From: an uncultured Verrucomicrobiota bacterium
Lineage (GTDB): Bacteria > Verrucomicrobiota > Verrucomicrobiia > Opitutales > Opitutaceae
DNA: 64,000 nucleotides
Direction: 5' to 3'
Assembly: GCA_903906135.1 (NCBI GenBank)
Contig: CAIVJE010000114.1
Coordinates: forward strand, 78 to 64,077
The notes under the pieces were generated by a model. The model ran no database searches, was not told where the DNA came from, and worked only from the letters and a program-made list of their open reading frames with translations. Below are positions 1 to 9,162 of this stretch, in pieces (position 1 is the first letter of the stretch; each line of letters opens with the position of its first letter). The translations under genes and the position numbers were made by a program.

Positions 1-1
1 C

Positions 2-79
2 ATTGTGATTATTTACGACTTGGTCCATGGCGGCATTCGTCAGGGTGAGGTCATTCGGCGAGCTTGCCCTCCGAGCTGA
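2..79 (+). CDS. 3' end of a gene entering the window (unidentified)
   Basis: Open frame from position 2 reads IVIIYDLVHGGIRQGEVIRRACPPS, then TGA at 77-79. Protein-like but too short to identify. Confidence 0.35.
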   Translation: MVIIYDLVHGGIRQGEVIRRACPPS

Positions 80-102
80 TTTTTGAAATTTACAGAGAAG
101 TT

Positions 103-315
103 ATGAGTGAGCCGCTTAATAAACCATCCGCCCACGTGCGCGCCCTAGCGGTGACGCCGGTTCAGGCGGCGTTAGTGGCTTACCCCGCGGTCGCAGATAA
201 AGCGTTGCCCGAAATTGGGGTAGGCCCACCCGCGAGTGAGCTCACGCCCGAGGAGCAAATGGCGCGCTTCGCCAAGGAGCTCCAAGAAAATGACTGGGGC
301 CATCAGCCCTGCTAA
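103..315 (+). CDS. Small hypothetical protein (70 aa) ending ...EEQMARFAKELQENDWGHQPC
   Basis: ATG at 103 is in frame with ORF 64..315. It fills the gap before the convergent ccsA, with a low-complexity N-terminus and a motif-like C-terminus. Confidence 0.6.
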   Translation: MSEPLNKPSAHVRALAVTPVQAALVAYPAVADKALPEIGVGPPASELTPEEQMARFAKELQENDWGHQPC

Positions 316-328
316 ATTGCCGAGCTGG

Positions 329-2257
329 TTAGCTCGCGGTGGTTTGACTACGGAAGCTGCGCCAAAGATTGAGCGGCAGGGAGGCGAGGCCAATGATGAC
401 GAGTTGACTGCTGACGAAGGCAACGAGCCAGACAAAGGCGGAGTCCATGAAGCCGTAGGAATGGAGACCGACGCCGAGCATGTTGACGCCGAACCAGCTC
501 CAGCTCGTGACGATGTTGCCAAAAATGGCGAGGGACATCAGTCCGCGCTGTTTCACGAGACCGCCCCAGCGACAGTGCAGAATTACGGCATTCCAAAGTA
601 CAATGATGAGGGCGCCATTTTCTTTGGGATCCCAGCCCCAGAAGCGGCCCCATGATTGGTCGGCCCAGATGCCACCGAGCACCGTGCCGATGAGGCTGAA
701 AAGCGTGGCGAAGCAGACGATACCATAGACCATACGGGTGAGGGCCTCAGCGGTTACGGTATCTAGGGACTTAGTAAACAAGCCGCGCACGACATAAATA
801 ATCGCGAGGAAACCAGCGAGAAAAGTGGCGGCGTAGCCAGCGGTCACGACCACAACGTGCGTCGCGAGCCAGAAGTTAGAATCGAGCACGGCGCGCATCA
901 TTTCGAGGGTATCCCCAGTGAGGGAGAGATGGTGAGCAATCAGCAGGGTGGCGAAACCGATCATGCCCGCAGCCACGGAGCCGATGGCATTGCGGTAGAT
1001 TTTTTCTAAAATTAGGCACAGGCCGACTGAACCCCAGCCCACAAAGAGGGCCGAAGAGTAAAGATTGGTCACGGGCGGTCGGCCCTCGAGCCACATCCGG
1101 GTCAGGATGCCCGCGGTAGTCAAAGTGAAGGCAATGAGTACGAGATAATATGCGCTGCGGCCCAAAGCCTCGGGCCATTTGAGCCAAGAGAAAATGGCGA
1201 GGAGGAAGGCGTAGGCGTAAAGCGTCATCGAGCTATAGAAAGGTTCGGCCGCATTGAAGCGCGTCTCGAGGTCGCTTTTTTCTAAGGGAGTCGTGAAGCG
1301 CTTGGTTAATTGAGTGCGGTAGAGCTGCACGATTTCATTGAACTGTGCGGGCTGGCCGGACCGCCAGGTATGACCGAGTGTGGCGTACGCCATAACCGTG
1401 GGGTTGACGCTGCCGGTGGCAAAAGTTTCGAGCAAAGCTTGGCCGGCGTTGGACCACGCGGTGAGGCTCGGCTCATTATCTGCCGGAGGAATGGCGAGAA
1501 GGTAGGCGAAATTTTCCATGATCTCGTAGCGGCGCGCCATTTCGAGCATGGCCTTGAAGGCCGGTTCATCATGCGCTTCCCCTTTCTGTCGAGCGCGCAC
1601 AGCCGCGACCCCAGCGGGGAGAGCGTTTTGAAAGGTGGTTACTTCCGTGAGGAAGCTAGGACTATCCGGTAATTGTAGGCTGTGCTTGAGGCGTTGATAC
1701 AACACAACCACCTCGCGCAGATGCGCGATCTGTTTTTGAAAAGGGGTGCGGATCGCTGGCTCAACTGATTCCGCGAGCTGCGCCTGGCGTTCGATTTCCG
1801 CGAGCTTGGGCTGGAGCTGATTGAAGGAAAAGCGCGACTTGCTCGATGGAAGAAAGCCGAGGACGGCCATGAATCGTTTGGCACTACTGTCGTACTGAAT
1901 TTTCGTGTCAGCGGCGCTGAGGCCTACAACATCGAGGACTTCGTTTGATTCGATTTTGAAAACGGGATAAGTGTCGGCTTTATTCGGAGCGAATAAAACA
2001 TCCGTTAACCACTCGATGGGTGATTGCACAAAAGCTTGGCTGATCTCCGGTGTGCCGACGCGTTGGCGCCCCTGCATGGCCAAGAGTGAAGTGCGGGCAA
2101 CCGTATCGAGCGGCTTGATGCGCCCATTGACGAGCACAGGGAGGCGGCCGAAACCGGTGAGGTTAAAGGACCCCGCAGGTGGCTCGGGTACGCGCAGGGT
2201 TTTAAAGACAAAAGCCGCGCCCAGAAACAGAACGATAAAGGGGAGATATTTTTTCAT
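329..2257 (-). CDS. ccsA: Cytochrome c biogenesis protein CcsA/ResC (System II heme exporter/synthase) with a large N-terminal soluble domain
   Basis: WWD motif GGIWADQSWGRFWGWDPKE, WLATHV, GLHSYG and RPPVTNLYSS; multiple TM helices in the C-terminal half. Confidence 0.93.
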   Translation of the reverse strand: MKKYLPFIVLFLGAAFVFKTLRVPEPPAGSFNLTGFGRLPVLVNGRIKPLDTVARTSLLAMQGRQRVGTPEISQAFVQSPIEWLTDVLFAPNKADTYPVFKIESNEVLDVVGLSAADTKIQYDSSAKRFMAVLGFLPSSKSRFSFNQLQPKLAEIERQAQLAESVEPAIRTPFQKQIAHLREVVVLYQRLKHSLQLPDSPSFLTEVTTFQNALPAGVAAVRARQKGEAHDEPAFKAMLEMARRYEIMENFAYLLAIPPADNEPSLTAWSNAGQALLETFATGSVNPTVMAYATLGHTWRSGQPAQFNEIVQLYRTQLTKRFTTPLEKSDLETRFNAAEPFYSSMTLYAYAFLLAIFSWLKWPEALGRSAYYLVLIAFTLTTAGILTRMWLEGRPPVTNLYSSALFVGWGSVGLCLILEKIYRNAIGSVAAGMIGFATLLIAHHLSLTGDTLEMMRAVLDSNFWLATHVVVVTAGYAATFLAGFLAIIYVVRGLFTKSLDTVTAEALTRMVYGIVCFATLFSLIGTVLGGIWADQSWGRFWGWDPKENGALIIVLWNAVILHCRWGGLVKQRGLMSLAIFGNIVTSWSWFGVNMLGVGLHSYGFMDSAFVWLVAFVSSQLVIIGLASLPLNLWRSFRSQTTAS

Positions 2258-2353
2258 GATAATTGCACGGAGGCCGCTAATGAAAGGAAGGTGGGAAGAG
2301 GTGAATTCGTAATTGAACCGTCATGAACACCGGGGGTGTTCGCTGGATTTAAT

Positions 2354-3511
2354 TCAGGTGGCGGCGCGTTTGCGGGAAAAATTGACGAGGTGGATGCCGA
2401 ATTGAAGGAGGAGACCGAGGCCCATCATGAGGCAGGCAATGTAGGGCAGAATCCAGTTGGGGTTGCGCACGACTTGCAGAATCGAAGTGCGATCATTGTT
2501 TTCGAAGCCAGCCTGATAGTAAGTGAGACCCGCGTAGCGCAGAGGATTGTTCATGTAGATGAGCACTTCTCGATCCTCGCTCTGATTGTCTGTGGTGAGC
2601 TGGATGCGGCTCGCAAAGTTTTTGGGAATATCGGTACCGGCATATTTCTCATGCGTGAAATTGAGCAGCTTGACGGTGTGAGTTTGATAATAGCGACGGA
2701 GGCGTAGCGTTATCTCCCAGGTATGGCCTTGATAGACTACCGTCTGCGGTTGGCTGAGCGCGGGTGACGCCAACCAAGTGCCCAGCGAGCCTTCCGTGCC
2801 GGCGAGCTCCACAAAAGTTGCGGGCAGGTTGCCTTCACTTTCTTTGGCGTTTAAGGGGAGGGGAAGCACGGCAATGCTCGGCCCGATTCCTGCGGTCGCC
2901 CGCGCCGCCGGCGTGCCGGGGGCCTGTGCGCGCCGTTGCAAGGAGGCGTTTGGGAAGTAATCTTTGATGGTTACTTTAAACGGCAACTGGGGGTGTTGGA
3001 TCGTGCCAGTTTCGGCCAGCACCGTCTCTGGGATTGCGACGACTTCATTGTACGATGGATTAGTCAGATCGAGCAGGGCCAATTCATATTGCCGATAGCT
3101 TTCTGAGTAATGTTTCGTCTGACCTTCATCGATGCGCATGAGGCTTTCCTCGGCCAGTAACCCCGTTAGCAGCTCGCCCACGAGCAACAAAATCAAACCG
3201 GTATGGGTGAGCTGGATTCCTGATTTTCGCCACTCAAGCTTGAAGCGATAAATATGGGCCGCGAGTAGATTGATTAGGAGCAGACCACCGATCAGGTAAC
3301 CACCCGGAAAGGCGGGGACCGTAATTCCAGTATGCGGAATTTCCTGCATCACGAAAAACGAGTGAAAGTATTTTTGCTGCACGCCCCAAAGACCTAGTTC
3401 AACTTGGGCCAGCGTCGCGGCGAAGACCAAGATGATGGACATGATTAGCAGCACCACCGTCAGGCGGATAGAAACAAAGAAATCGCGAATCTGGCGAACG
3501 AAGTCGGACAT
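2354..3511 (-). CDS. ResB/CcsB-like cytochrome c biogenesis membrane protein
   Basis: N-terminal SIRLTVVLL TM segments, TM His in LTHTGLILLLVG, IYMNNPLRYAGLTYYQAGF and a C-terminal TM; directly upstream of ccsA. Confidence 0.85.
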   Translation of the reverse strand: MSDFVRQIRDFFVSIRLTVVLLIMSIILVFAATLAQVELGLWGVQQKYFHSFFVMQEIPHTGITVPAFPGGYLIGGLLLINLLAAHIYRFKLEWRKSGIQLTHTGLILLLVGELLTGLLAEESLMRIDEGQTKHYSESYRQYELALLDLTNPSYNEVVAIPETVLAETGTIQHPQLPFKVTIKDYFPNASLQRRAQAPGTPAARATAGIGPSIAVLPLPLNAKESEGNLPATFVELAGTEGSLGTWLASPALSQPQTVVYQGHTWEITLRLRRYYQTHTVKLLNFTHEKYAGTDIPKNFASRIQLTTDNQSEDREVLIYMNNPLRYAGLTYYQAGFENNDRTSILQVVRNPNWILPYIACLMMGLGLLLQFGIHLVNFSRKRAAT

Positions 3512-3514
3512 GGC

Positions 3515-4177
3515 TTAGCGGGGCTTGATGGTGGAGAGGAAATCGCGAAAGGCTGTTTGTTCGCGGGTGACTAAGGCAGCGGGACCGATGAGTTTGAAAA
3601 ACCAAGTTTGGCCATCATGCGGCACAATTGCTCCCAGCAAAGTGGTGGGAACTCCATTGGCTTGGCCGGTGGCTTCGACGATCGTTATCTTCAGGCCATT
3701 CGCCTCAATGTTTTTGAGGGAAGCTTCAAGTTGGGCGGCCTCAATTGGCCCCAGCCCTACTTGGCCACGCCAGCGGTTGACGTTGGCGAAAAGTCCTCCG
3801 GTGTCGCCGGGGAAGGCCGTGATGGCTAAATCGCCGACCGCTCCGGCCTCACCGGCAACAGCGTAGCTCCCCTTACGCATTGAACCGAGACTTTTAGCGG
3901 TCCAATGAGCCGGGGCAGTCCAAAGCAAAGCCATCCCTTCAGCGGTTGGCACGTTGCCCGTCATCGCGCCCGGTGCGCTGGCTGGAGCTGCTTCGCCCCC
4001 GATGGCAGGATGCCCATCAGGGAGGGTGGCGCCGGGGGCCATCTGGGCGGGGGCCGCCGCGGCCATGACTGGCGCAGGGTCTTTCGGTGCCCGATAGGCC
4101 ATGATTTTTTGATCCCGACAACCAGTGAAAGGAAGAGCCGCAAGGCCCAGCGAAAGGGAAATGAGGTGAAGCTTCAT
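3515..4177 (-). CDS. Hypothetical lipoprotein co-transcribed with resB/ccsA
   Basis: Likely start ATG at 4177 (MKLHLISLSLGLAALPFTGC, lipobox FTGC). Ala/Pro linker contains LPDGHP; folded domain has NVNRWRGQVGL and WFFKLIGP. Stop lies 3 nt before the resB-like start. Confidence 0.8.
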   Translation of the reverse strand: MKLHLISLSLGLAALPFTGCRDQKIMAYRAPKDPAPVMAAAAPAQMAPGATLPDGHPAIGGEAAPASAPGAMTGNVPTAEGMALLWTAPAHWTAKSLGSMRKGSYAVAGEAGAVGDLAITAFPGDTGGLFANVNRWRGQVGLGPIEAAQLEASLKNIEANGLKITIVEATGQANGVPTTLLGAIVPHDGQTWFFKLIGPAALVTREQTAFRDFLSTIKPR

Positions 4178-4319
4178 GTTATTAGATACGGTTGAATGCG
4201 CTGAACGGGTAAGTGCAACTCGAACTCGATAATCCACCAAGGCCAAGCTAGCAAATGACAAAATATGCGTAGTCGGGTTTTTTTCGTGCCAAATGATGAC
4301 GTTGGATTACTTAACGGGT

Positions 4320-5024
4320 ATGCAAATTACCCCGCTCGGCGATCAGGCCTTGCTGGTCGAATTAGGTCAGACCATTGACGAATCGACACACCGAAAAGTG
4401 CAGTCCGCTTGGCGATCGCTGGCCGCTGAGCCGCTGCCTGGGGTGACGGAGTTGGTGCCCGCTTACACTACGGTTACCGCTTACTATGATCCGGTCCAAG
4501 CAGTGCAAGCGGGCGCGCCAGCAGACCAAATCGTGGATTGGCTGAGCGATCGATTACGGGAGCGACTGAAGCATCCACCGAAGACCGCGAAAACCAAAGG
4601 TTGTACCGTTGAAATTCCGGTCTGTTATGAAGGCGAGTTTGCGCCAGATCTTGGGATCGTGGCTAAACAGGCTAAACTTACTCCTGCGGAGGTTATCAAA
4701 CTGCACACCAAGACGGAGTACTTGGTTTACTTGGTCGGCTTCGCACCCGGTTTTCCGTATCTCGGTGGGTTGCCAAAAATATTGGCGACCCCGCGTCATG
4801 CTAAGCCGCGGATGGTGGTGCCGGCCGGTTCGGTGGGGATTGGCGGTCAGCAAACGGGAATATATCCCTGCGCGACGCCGGGTGGTTGGAATTTAATCGG
4901 GCGCACTCCGCTGGCTTTATTTCGTCCTGCATTTCATCCGCCGACGTTGCTTAGTGCTGGCGATCGGGTGAAGTTTCGCGCCATCACGCGCGAAGAATTT
5001 TTTCGTCTGGAGGCCGGCGCATGA
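4320..5024 (+). CDS. pxpB: 5-oxoprolinase subunit PxpB (KipI/AHS1 family)
   Basis: PLGDQALLVE, VPAYTT, GFAPGFPYL, GIYPCATPGGWNLIGRT; start taken at ATG 4320. Confidence 0.92.
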   Translation: MQITPLGDQALLVELGQTIDESTHRKVQSAWRSLAAEPLPGVTELVPAYTTVTAYYDPVQAVQAGAPADQIVDWLSDRLRERLKHPPKTAKTKGCTVEIPVCYEGEFAPDLGIVAKQAKLTPAEVIKLHTKTEYLVYLVGFAPGFPYLGGLPKILATPRHAKPRMVVPAGSVGIGGQQTGIYPCATPGGWNLIGRTPLALFRPAFHPPTLLSAGDRVKFRAITREEFFRLEAGA

Positions 5025-6010
5025 TCACGGTGCTAAAACCGGGCTTATTGACGACGGTGCAAGATTTGGGCCGGCCCGGCTATCAGCAATATGGGGTGGT
5101 TGTCGGTGGCGCCTTAGATGCCTTGGCCGCGCGCACGGCCAATTTGCTCGTTGGCAATGAGGAAAATGCGGCGGTCTTAGAGATGGCGCAGACTGGCCCC
5201 ACGTTGAGTTTTTCGCGAAGCACATTGGTTGCGTGGTGCGGGGCTGATTTTGATGCGCAAATTAATGGCGAATCTTGTCCGCGTGATCGTCCCGTGCGGG
5301 TGGCTGCGGGTGACATTCTCCGCTTCGGCTTGGCGCGCCATGGCCTCAGGGCTTGGCTGGCAATCGCTGGCGGGATCGATGTGCCGTTGGTAATGGGCAG
5401 TCGCAGCACTTATCGGCGGGCCGGCCTGGGCGGCTTGGCGGGACGAGCTTTACTCGGCGCTGACCAATTGTCCGGTGGACATCCCTCCGAGTGGTCCCAG
5501 CAGGTTTTAGGAAAATTGCTCGCCAGCAACCAACGGGCAACGGCGTGGAGCGTCAGGCCTGATACCATCGGCCGCCCCGCCCGAGTTGGCGTGGTCCGCG
5601 CAATGCGTGGGCCCGAGTGGGATTGGTTTACGGAACCAGCGCAGCAGGCGTTCTTTCAAGCAACCTGGGTGGCCACCAAAGAAGCGGATCGGATGGGCGT
5701 GCGGCTCAAAGGCCCCGGCTTGGCCCTCGCACAACCGCGCGAAATGATTTCTTCCGCGGTCAATGCGGGGGTCGTGCAGGTACCACCAGCGGGCCAACCC
5801 ATTGTCTTGCTGCCGAGTCGGCAATCCGTTGGCGGTTATCCGCGCTTAGCGGCCGTTGCCGCCGTAGATCTGCGTCATTTTACACAACTTCGCCCGGGTG
5901 ATACCATTCGCTTTGAAGAAATTTCCGTCGTGGGCGCGCAAGATTTACTCCTGACGCAAGCCCGCGACCTCACGCGCGTCCGCCTGGGCCTCAGTCGACT
6001 GCTGGCTTAA
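5021..6010 (+). CDS. pxpC: 5-oxoprolinase subunit PxpC (KipA/AHS2 family)
   Basis: PGLLTTVQDLGRPG, GSRST, DRMGVRL, GGYP; ATGA overlap with pxpB. Confidence 0.92.
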   Translation: MITVLKPGLLTTVQDLGRPGYQQYGVVVGGALDALAARTANLLVGNEENAAVLEMAQTGPTLSFSRSTLVAWCGADFDAQINGESCPRDRPVRVAAGDILRFGLARHGLRAWLAIAGGIDVPLVMGSRSTYRRAGLGGLAGRALLGADQLSGGHPSEWSQQVLGKLLASNQRATAWSVRPDTIGRPARVGVVRAMRGPEWDWFTEPAQQAFFQATWVATKEADRMGVRLKGPGLALAQPREMISSAVNAGVVQVPPAGQPIVLLPSRQSVGGYPRLAAVAAVDLRHFTQLRPGDTIRFEEISVVGAQDLLLTQARDLTRVRLGLSRLLA

Positions 6011-6016
6011 TTCAAC

Positions 6017-6766
6017 GTGCGACGTATTGATTTAAATTGTGATCTCGGGGAAGGTGCGGGTCAGGATGTCGTCCTGATGCCGCTGATTACTTCGGCAAAT
6101 ATTGCATGCGGGGCTCACGCCGGTGACGAAGCGACGATGCGCGCCACCATCGCGCTGGCTCAAAAACAGGGCGTCGCCATCGGGGCACACCCGGGTTTTG
6201 CCGATCGGGTTAATTTTGGCCGACGTGAAATAACGCTGAGCTTAAATGAAATTCACTCTTTGGTACTGACGCAGACGCAGTTGCTCCAAACGCTAGCGGC
6301 GCAAAGTGGCGGCACGGTCCGGCACGTAAAACCACATGGCGCTCTCTATAATTTAGCGGCGCGAGATGGCGCCGTCGCGCAGGCGGTGGCGGCCGCAGTC
6401 TGGGCGGCGGATCCTCGCCTGATTTTAGTGGGGCTGGCGCGGAGTCACCTGATTACGGCTGGGCAAGCCGCGGGTTTGCGGGTTGCCCAGGAAGTTTTTG
6501 CCGATCGAACTTATCAAGTTGATGGGAAGCTCACCCCGCGGAATGCGCCGGGCGCTTTGCACGAAGTCACTCGTGACGCGGTGGCGCAGGTGAAGCAGAT
6601 GGTGAGCGTGGGGACTGTCACGGCCGTCGACGGAACCATGGTGCCGATCACCGCTGATACCATTTGTCTGCACGGCGATGGACCGCATGCCGTGGAATTT
6701 GCGTTGCAGCTCCGCGCCGCTCTGCACGAGATCCCGATTGAGCTGGCAGCGCTCTCGCATGATTAA
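6017..6766 (+). CDS. pxpA: 5-oxoprolinase subunit PxpA (LamB/YcsF family)
   Basis: IDLNCDLGEG, ANIACGAHAGD, GAHPG, HVKPHGALYN, FADR, DTICLHGD; GTG start. Confidence 0.94.
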   Translation: MRRIDLNCDLGEGAGQDVVLMPLITSANIACGAHAGDEATMRATIALAQKQGVAIGAHPGFADRVNFGRREITLSLNEIHSLVLTQTQLLQTLAAQSGGTVRHVKPHGALYNLAARDGAVAQAVAAAVWAADPRLILVGLARSHLITAGQAAGLRVAQEVFADRTYQVDGKLTPRNAPGALHEVTRDAVAQVKQMVSVGTVTAVDGTMVPITADTICLHGDGPHAVEFALQLRAALHEIPIELAALSHD

Positions 6767-7451
6767 ATTAATTGGGATTTTGGTTGTCGCAGTCGGTTTC
6801 GCCTTGCGCGGTAACACGCTGTTGGTGGTGCTGGCCGCCGGCATCAGCACCGGTTTGGCCGCCGGCATGTCCTTTAACGAGATCATGACCTGGTTTGGGA
6901 AATACTTTGTCGAAAATCGTTACGTGACGCTAACCGTTTTGCTCATGCTGCCGGTGGTCGGGTTGCTGGAACGTTATGGTTTGCGCGAACGCGCGGAGAC
7001 GCTGATCCAGCGGGCGAAAGCGGCTACAGCAGGCCGCGTATTATTATTTTATACGGCGGTGCGGCAAATCTCAGTCGCCTTGGGGGTTAATATTGGCGGA
7101 CACGCCGCGATGGTCCGTCCTTTAGTGGCCCCGATGGCGGAAGGCGCGGCGCAGGCGCGGCACGGCATTTTATCGGAAAAAACCACGGAAGCGATTCGGG
7201 CGCACGCGGCGGCGGCAGAAAATACCGGTAATTTTTTTGGGGAAGATACCGTCTTTGCCGTGGGCGCAGTTTATTTGATTAAAGGGGTTCTCGAGGCGCA
7301 AGGGTACCCCGTGAGTGTCTGGGTACTTTCATTTTGGGGAATTCCGACCGCGCTGGTCGCCTTCGGGTTAATGATTTGGCGCACGCGCGTGCTCGATCAG
7401 CGGATTGCTCGGGAAAGTAAGCCGCCCTCAACCACGGAGGCGGAGCGATGA
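6759..7451 (+). CDS. DUF969-family membrane protein (putative 5-oxoproline transporter subunit)
   Basis: MIKLIGILVVAVGFAL start at ATG 6759; GLLERYGLRE, GGHAAMVRPLVAPM, NFFGED; inside the pxp cluster. Confidence 0.85.
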   Translation: MIKLIGILVVAVGFALRGNTLLVVLAAGISTGLAAGMSFNEIMTWFGKYFVENRYVTLTVLLMLPVVGLLERYGLRERAETLIQRAKAATAGRVLLFYTAVRQISVALGVNIGGHAAMVRPLVAPMAEGAAQARHGILSEKTTEAIRAHAAAAENTGNFFGEDTVFAVGAVYLIKGVLEAQGYPVSVWVLSFWGIPTALVAFGLMIWRTRVLDQRIARESKPPSTTEAER

Positions 7452-8410
7452 AATTGTTAAACCTCGAGTTATTTTACATCATCGCCGGGGGATTCTTGCT
7501 GCTGGTGGCGGGGCGCATTGCCTTTGAACCGACGGCAGGGAAACGCGTGGGCTCAGCCTTGTTCTGGGGTTTGTTGGCGGTAATTTTTCTGGCGGGGAAA
7601 GCACTGCCGCCAGTGGTGGTTGGTTATATGGTTTTACTGATGGTGATTTTAGCTGCGACCAAACAACTCACGGGAGCGCGACGCTGGGAGGTGACGGCAG
7701 AGATGCGCGGGGCCGCAGCGGCGAAATTACAGAATTGGATTTTCTTGCCGGCGTTATTGATTCCGGCCACAGCGGTGGTCGGCACGTTATTTTTGAGCAA
7801 GCTGCATGTGGGTGCTTGGTGGTTATTGGACTCCGCAAATCTTACGGTGACCTCCGTGTGCTTGGGGGCGGTCGTGGCGGTCGGGGTGGGGTTGCGTTTG
7901 ACGCGAGCTCCGTTGCTTACGCCGGTGGTGGAGGGGAGTCGCTTAGTTCAAGCGGTGGGCTGGGCGATTATCTTGCCGCAGTTATTGGCCGCGCTCGGCG
8001 GCGTATTTGCGCAAGCCGGCGTTGGTCCCGTGGTGGCAGAATTGGCAGCGCGGGCGCTGCCGACCCAGTATCCGCTGGGCGCGGTGGTGGCTTATTGCGG
8101 CGGCATGGCGCTGTTCACCATCTGCATGGGCAATGCCTTTGCGGCGTTTCCGGTGATCACGCTGGGCATCGGCCTGCCGTTTATTGTGCAGCTGCATCAC
8201 GGCAATCCCGCGATTATGGCAGCGATTGGGATGTTGTCGGGTTATTGTGGCACGCTCCTCACACCCATGGCGGCTAATTTTAATCTCGTGCCGGCCATGC
8301 TGCTCGAGCTGAAAGACAAAAATGCCGTGATTAAAGCGCAAGTCCCCCTCGCGCTCGGAATATTGGCGGCGAACATGATCATTATGTATTTTTGTGTTTA
8401 CCGTTTCTGA
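7448..8410 (+). CDS. DUF979-family membrane protein (putative 5-oxoproline transporter subunit)
   Basis: GWAIILPQLLAALG, MGNAFAAFPVIT, GYCGTLLTPMAANFNLVPA; ATGA overlap with DUF969. Confidence 0.87.
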   Translation: MKLLNLELFYIIAGGFLLLVAGRIAFEPTAGKRVGSALFWGLLAVIFLAGKALPPVVVGYMVLLMVILAATKQLTGARRWEVTAEMRGAAAAKLQNWIFLPALLIPATAVVGTLFLSKLHVGAWWLLDSANLTVTSVCLGAVVAVGVGLRLTRAPLLTPVVEGSRLVQAVGWAIILPQLLAALGGVFAQAGVGPVVAELAARALPTQYPLGAVVAYCGGMALFTICMGNAFAAFPVITLGIGLPFIVQLHHGNPAIMAAIGMLSGYCGTLLTPMAANFNLVPAMLLELKDKNAVIKAQVPLALGILAANMIIMYFCVYRF

Positions 8411-8464
8411 TTTTTTCCAACCTCCTTTTTTTACCTGCCTCGTGCCGCGTAACCTGCTCTCAGC

Positions 8465-9103
8465 ATGAAAACTATTTTACTCACCGGCTTTGAACCCTTC
8501 GGTGGCGAAACTCTTAATCCGTCGGCGGAAATTGCCCGCCAACTCCATGGCACGATGATTGCGGGGCATGTTGTTGTAAGTGCGCTCCTCCCGTGCGTAT
8601 TTGGCGCGGCGCGGACGGAACTTAAAAAACAAATTCGGACGACTTGCCCCGCATTAATTATTTGCCTCGGCCAAGCGGGTGGGCGCGCCGACATCACGCC
8701 CGAGCGCGTGGCGCTCAATCTCGACGACGCGCGGATTCCGGATAACGCGGGGCAGCAGCCGGTTGATGCGTTGATCAATCGCTCGGGCCCAATCGCTTAT
8801 TGGTCTACGCTGCCAATTAAGGCTATCGTGCAAGCGTTGCTACAACGCGGCTTGCCGGCCAGTGTGTCTCAAACCGCGGGAACCTTTGTCTGTAATCATA
8901 TTTTCTACAGCTTGATGCACGAACTTCGTGGGCAGAAAAAAATCCGTGGTGGCTTTATCCATGTGCCGTGGTTGCCGGAACAAGCGCCCGCCGGTCAGCC
9001 GAGCCTAACGTTGGCGGTGCTAACCTCCGCCATCGCGGTGGCTCTGGAGACCGCGGTCAAAGTTCGCCGCGATGTGCGGCTGCCGGGCGGGGCGACGCAT
9101 TAG
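8465..9103 (+). CDS. pcp: Pyroglutamyl-peptidase I (peptidase C15)
   Basis: ILLTGFEPFGG; catalytic Glu (ITPERVA), Cys (AGTFVCN) and His (GFIHVP); C-terminal GGATH. Confidence 0.95.
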   Translation: MKTILLTGFEPFGGETLNPSAEIARQLHGTMIAGHVVVSALLPCVFGAARTELKKQIRTTCPALIICLGQAGGRADITPERVALNLDDARIPDNAGQQPVDALINRSGPIAYWSTLPIKAIVQALLQRGLPASVSQTAGTFVCNHIFYSLMHELRGQKKIRGGFIHVPWLPEQAPAGQPSLTLAVLTSAIAVALETAVKVRRDVRLPGGATH

Positions 9104-9132
9104 GTCTGCTCAGCTGGGTCGCGTGAGCAGTT

Positions 9133-9149
9133 GGGGAGGTTGCCTCCCA
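9133..9149. terminator. Hairpin between convergent pcp and ychF
   Basis: GGGAGG-TTG-CCTCCC inverted repeat in the convergent gap; no U-tract. Confidence 0.35.
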
Positions 9150-9162
9150 GCCCGAGCGGTCC

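Noticed and set aside
2324..2341. Intergenic hairpins (about 2324, 9133, 15953, 37917, 52623) as a REP-like repeat family
   Set aside because: They share no sequence with each other and are better explained as individual terminators or stabilisers.
4274..4292. Possible sigma54 promoter (TGGCAC on the minus strand) for the ccs operon
   Set aside because: The -12 TTGC element is absent at the required spacing.
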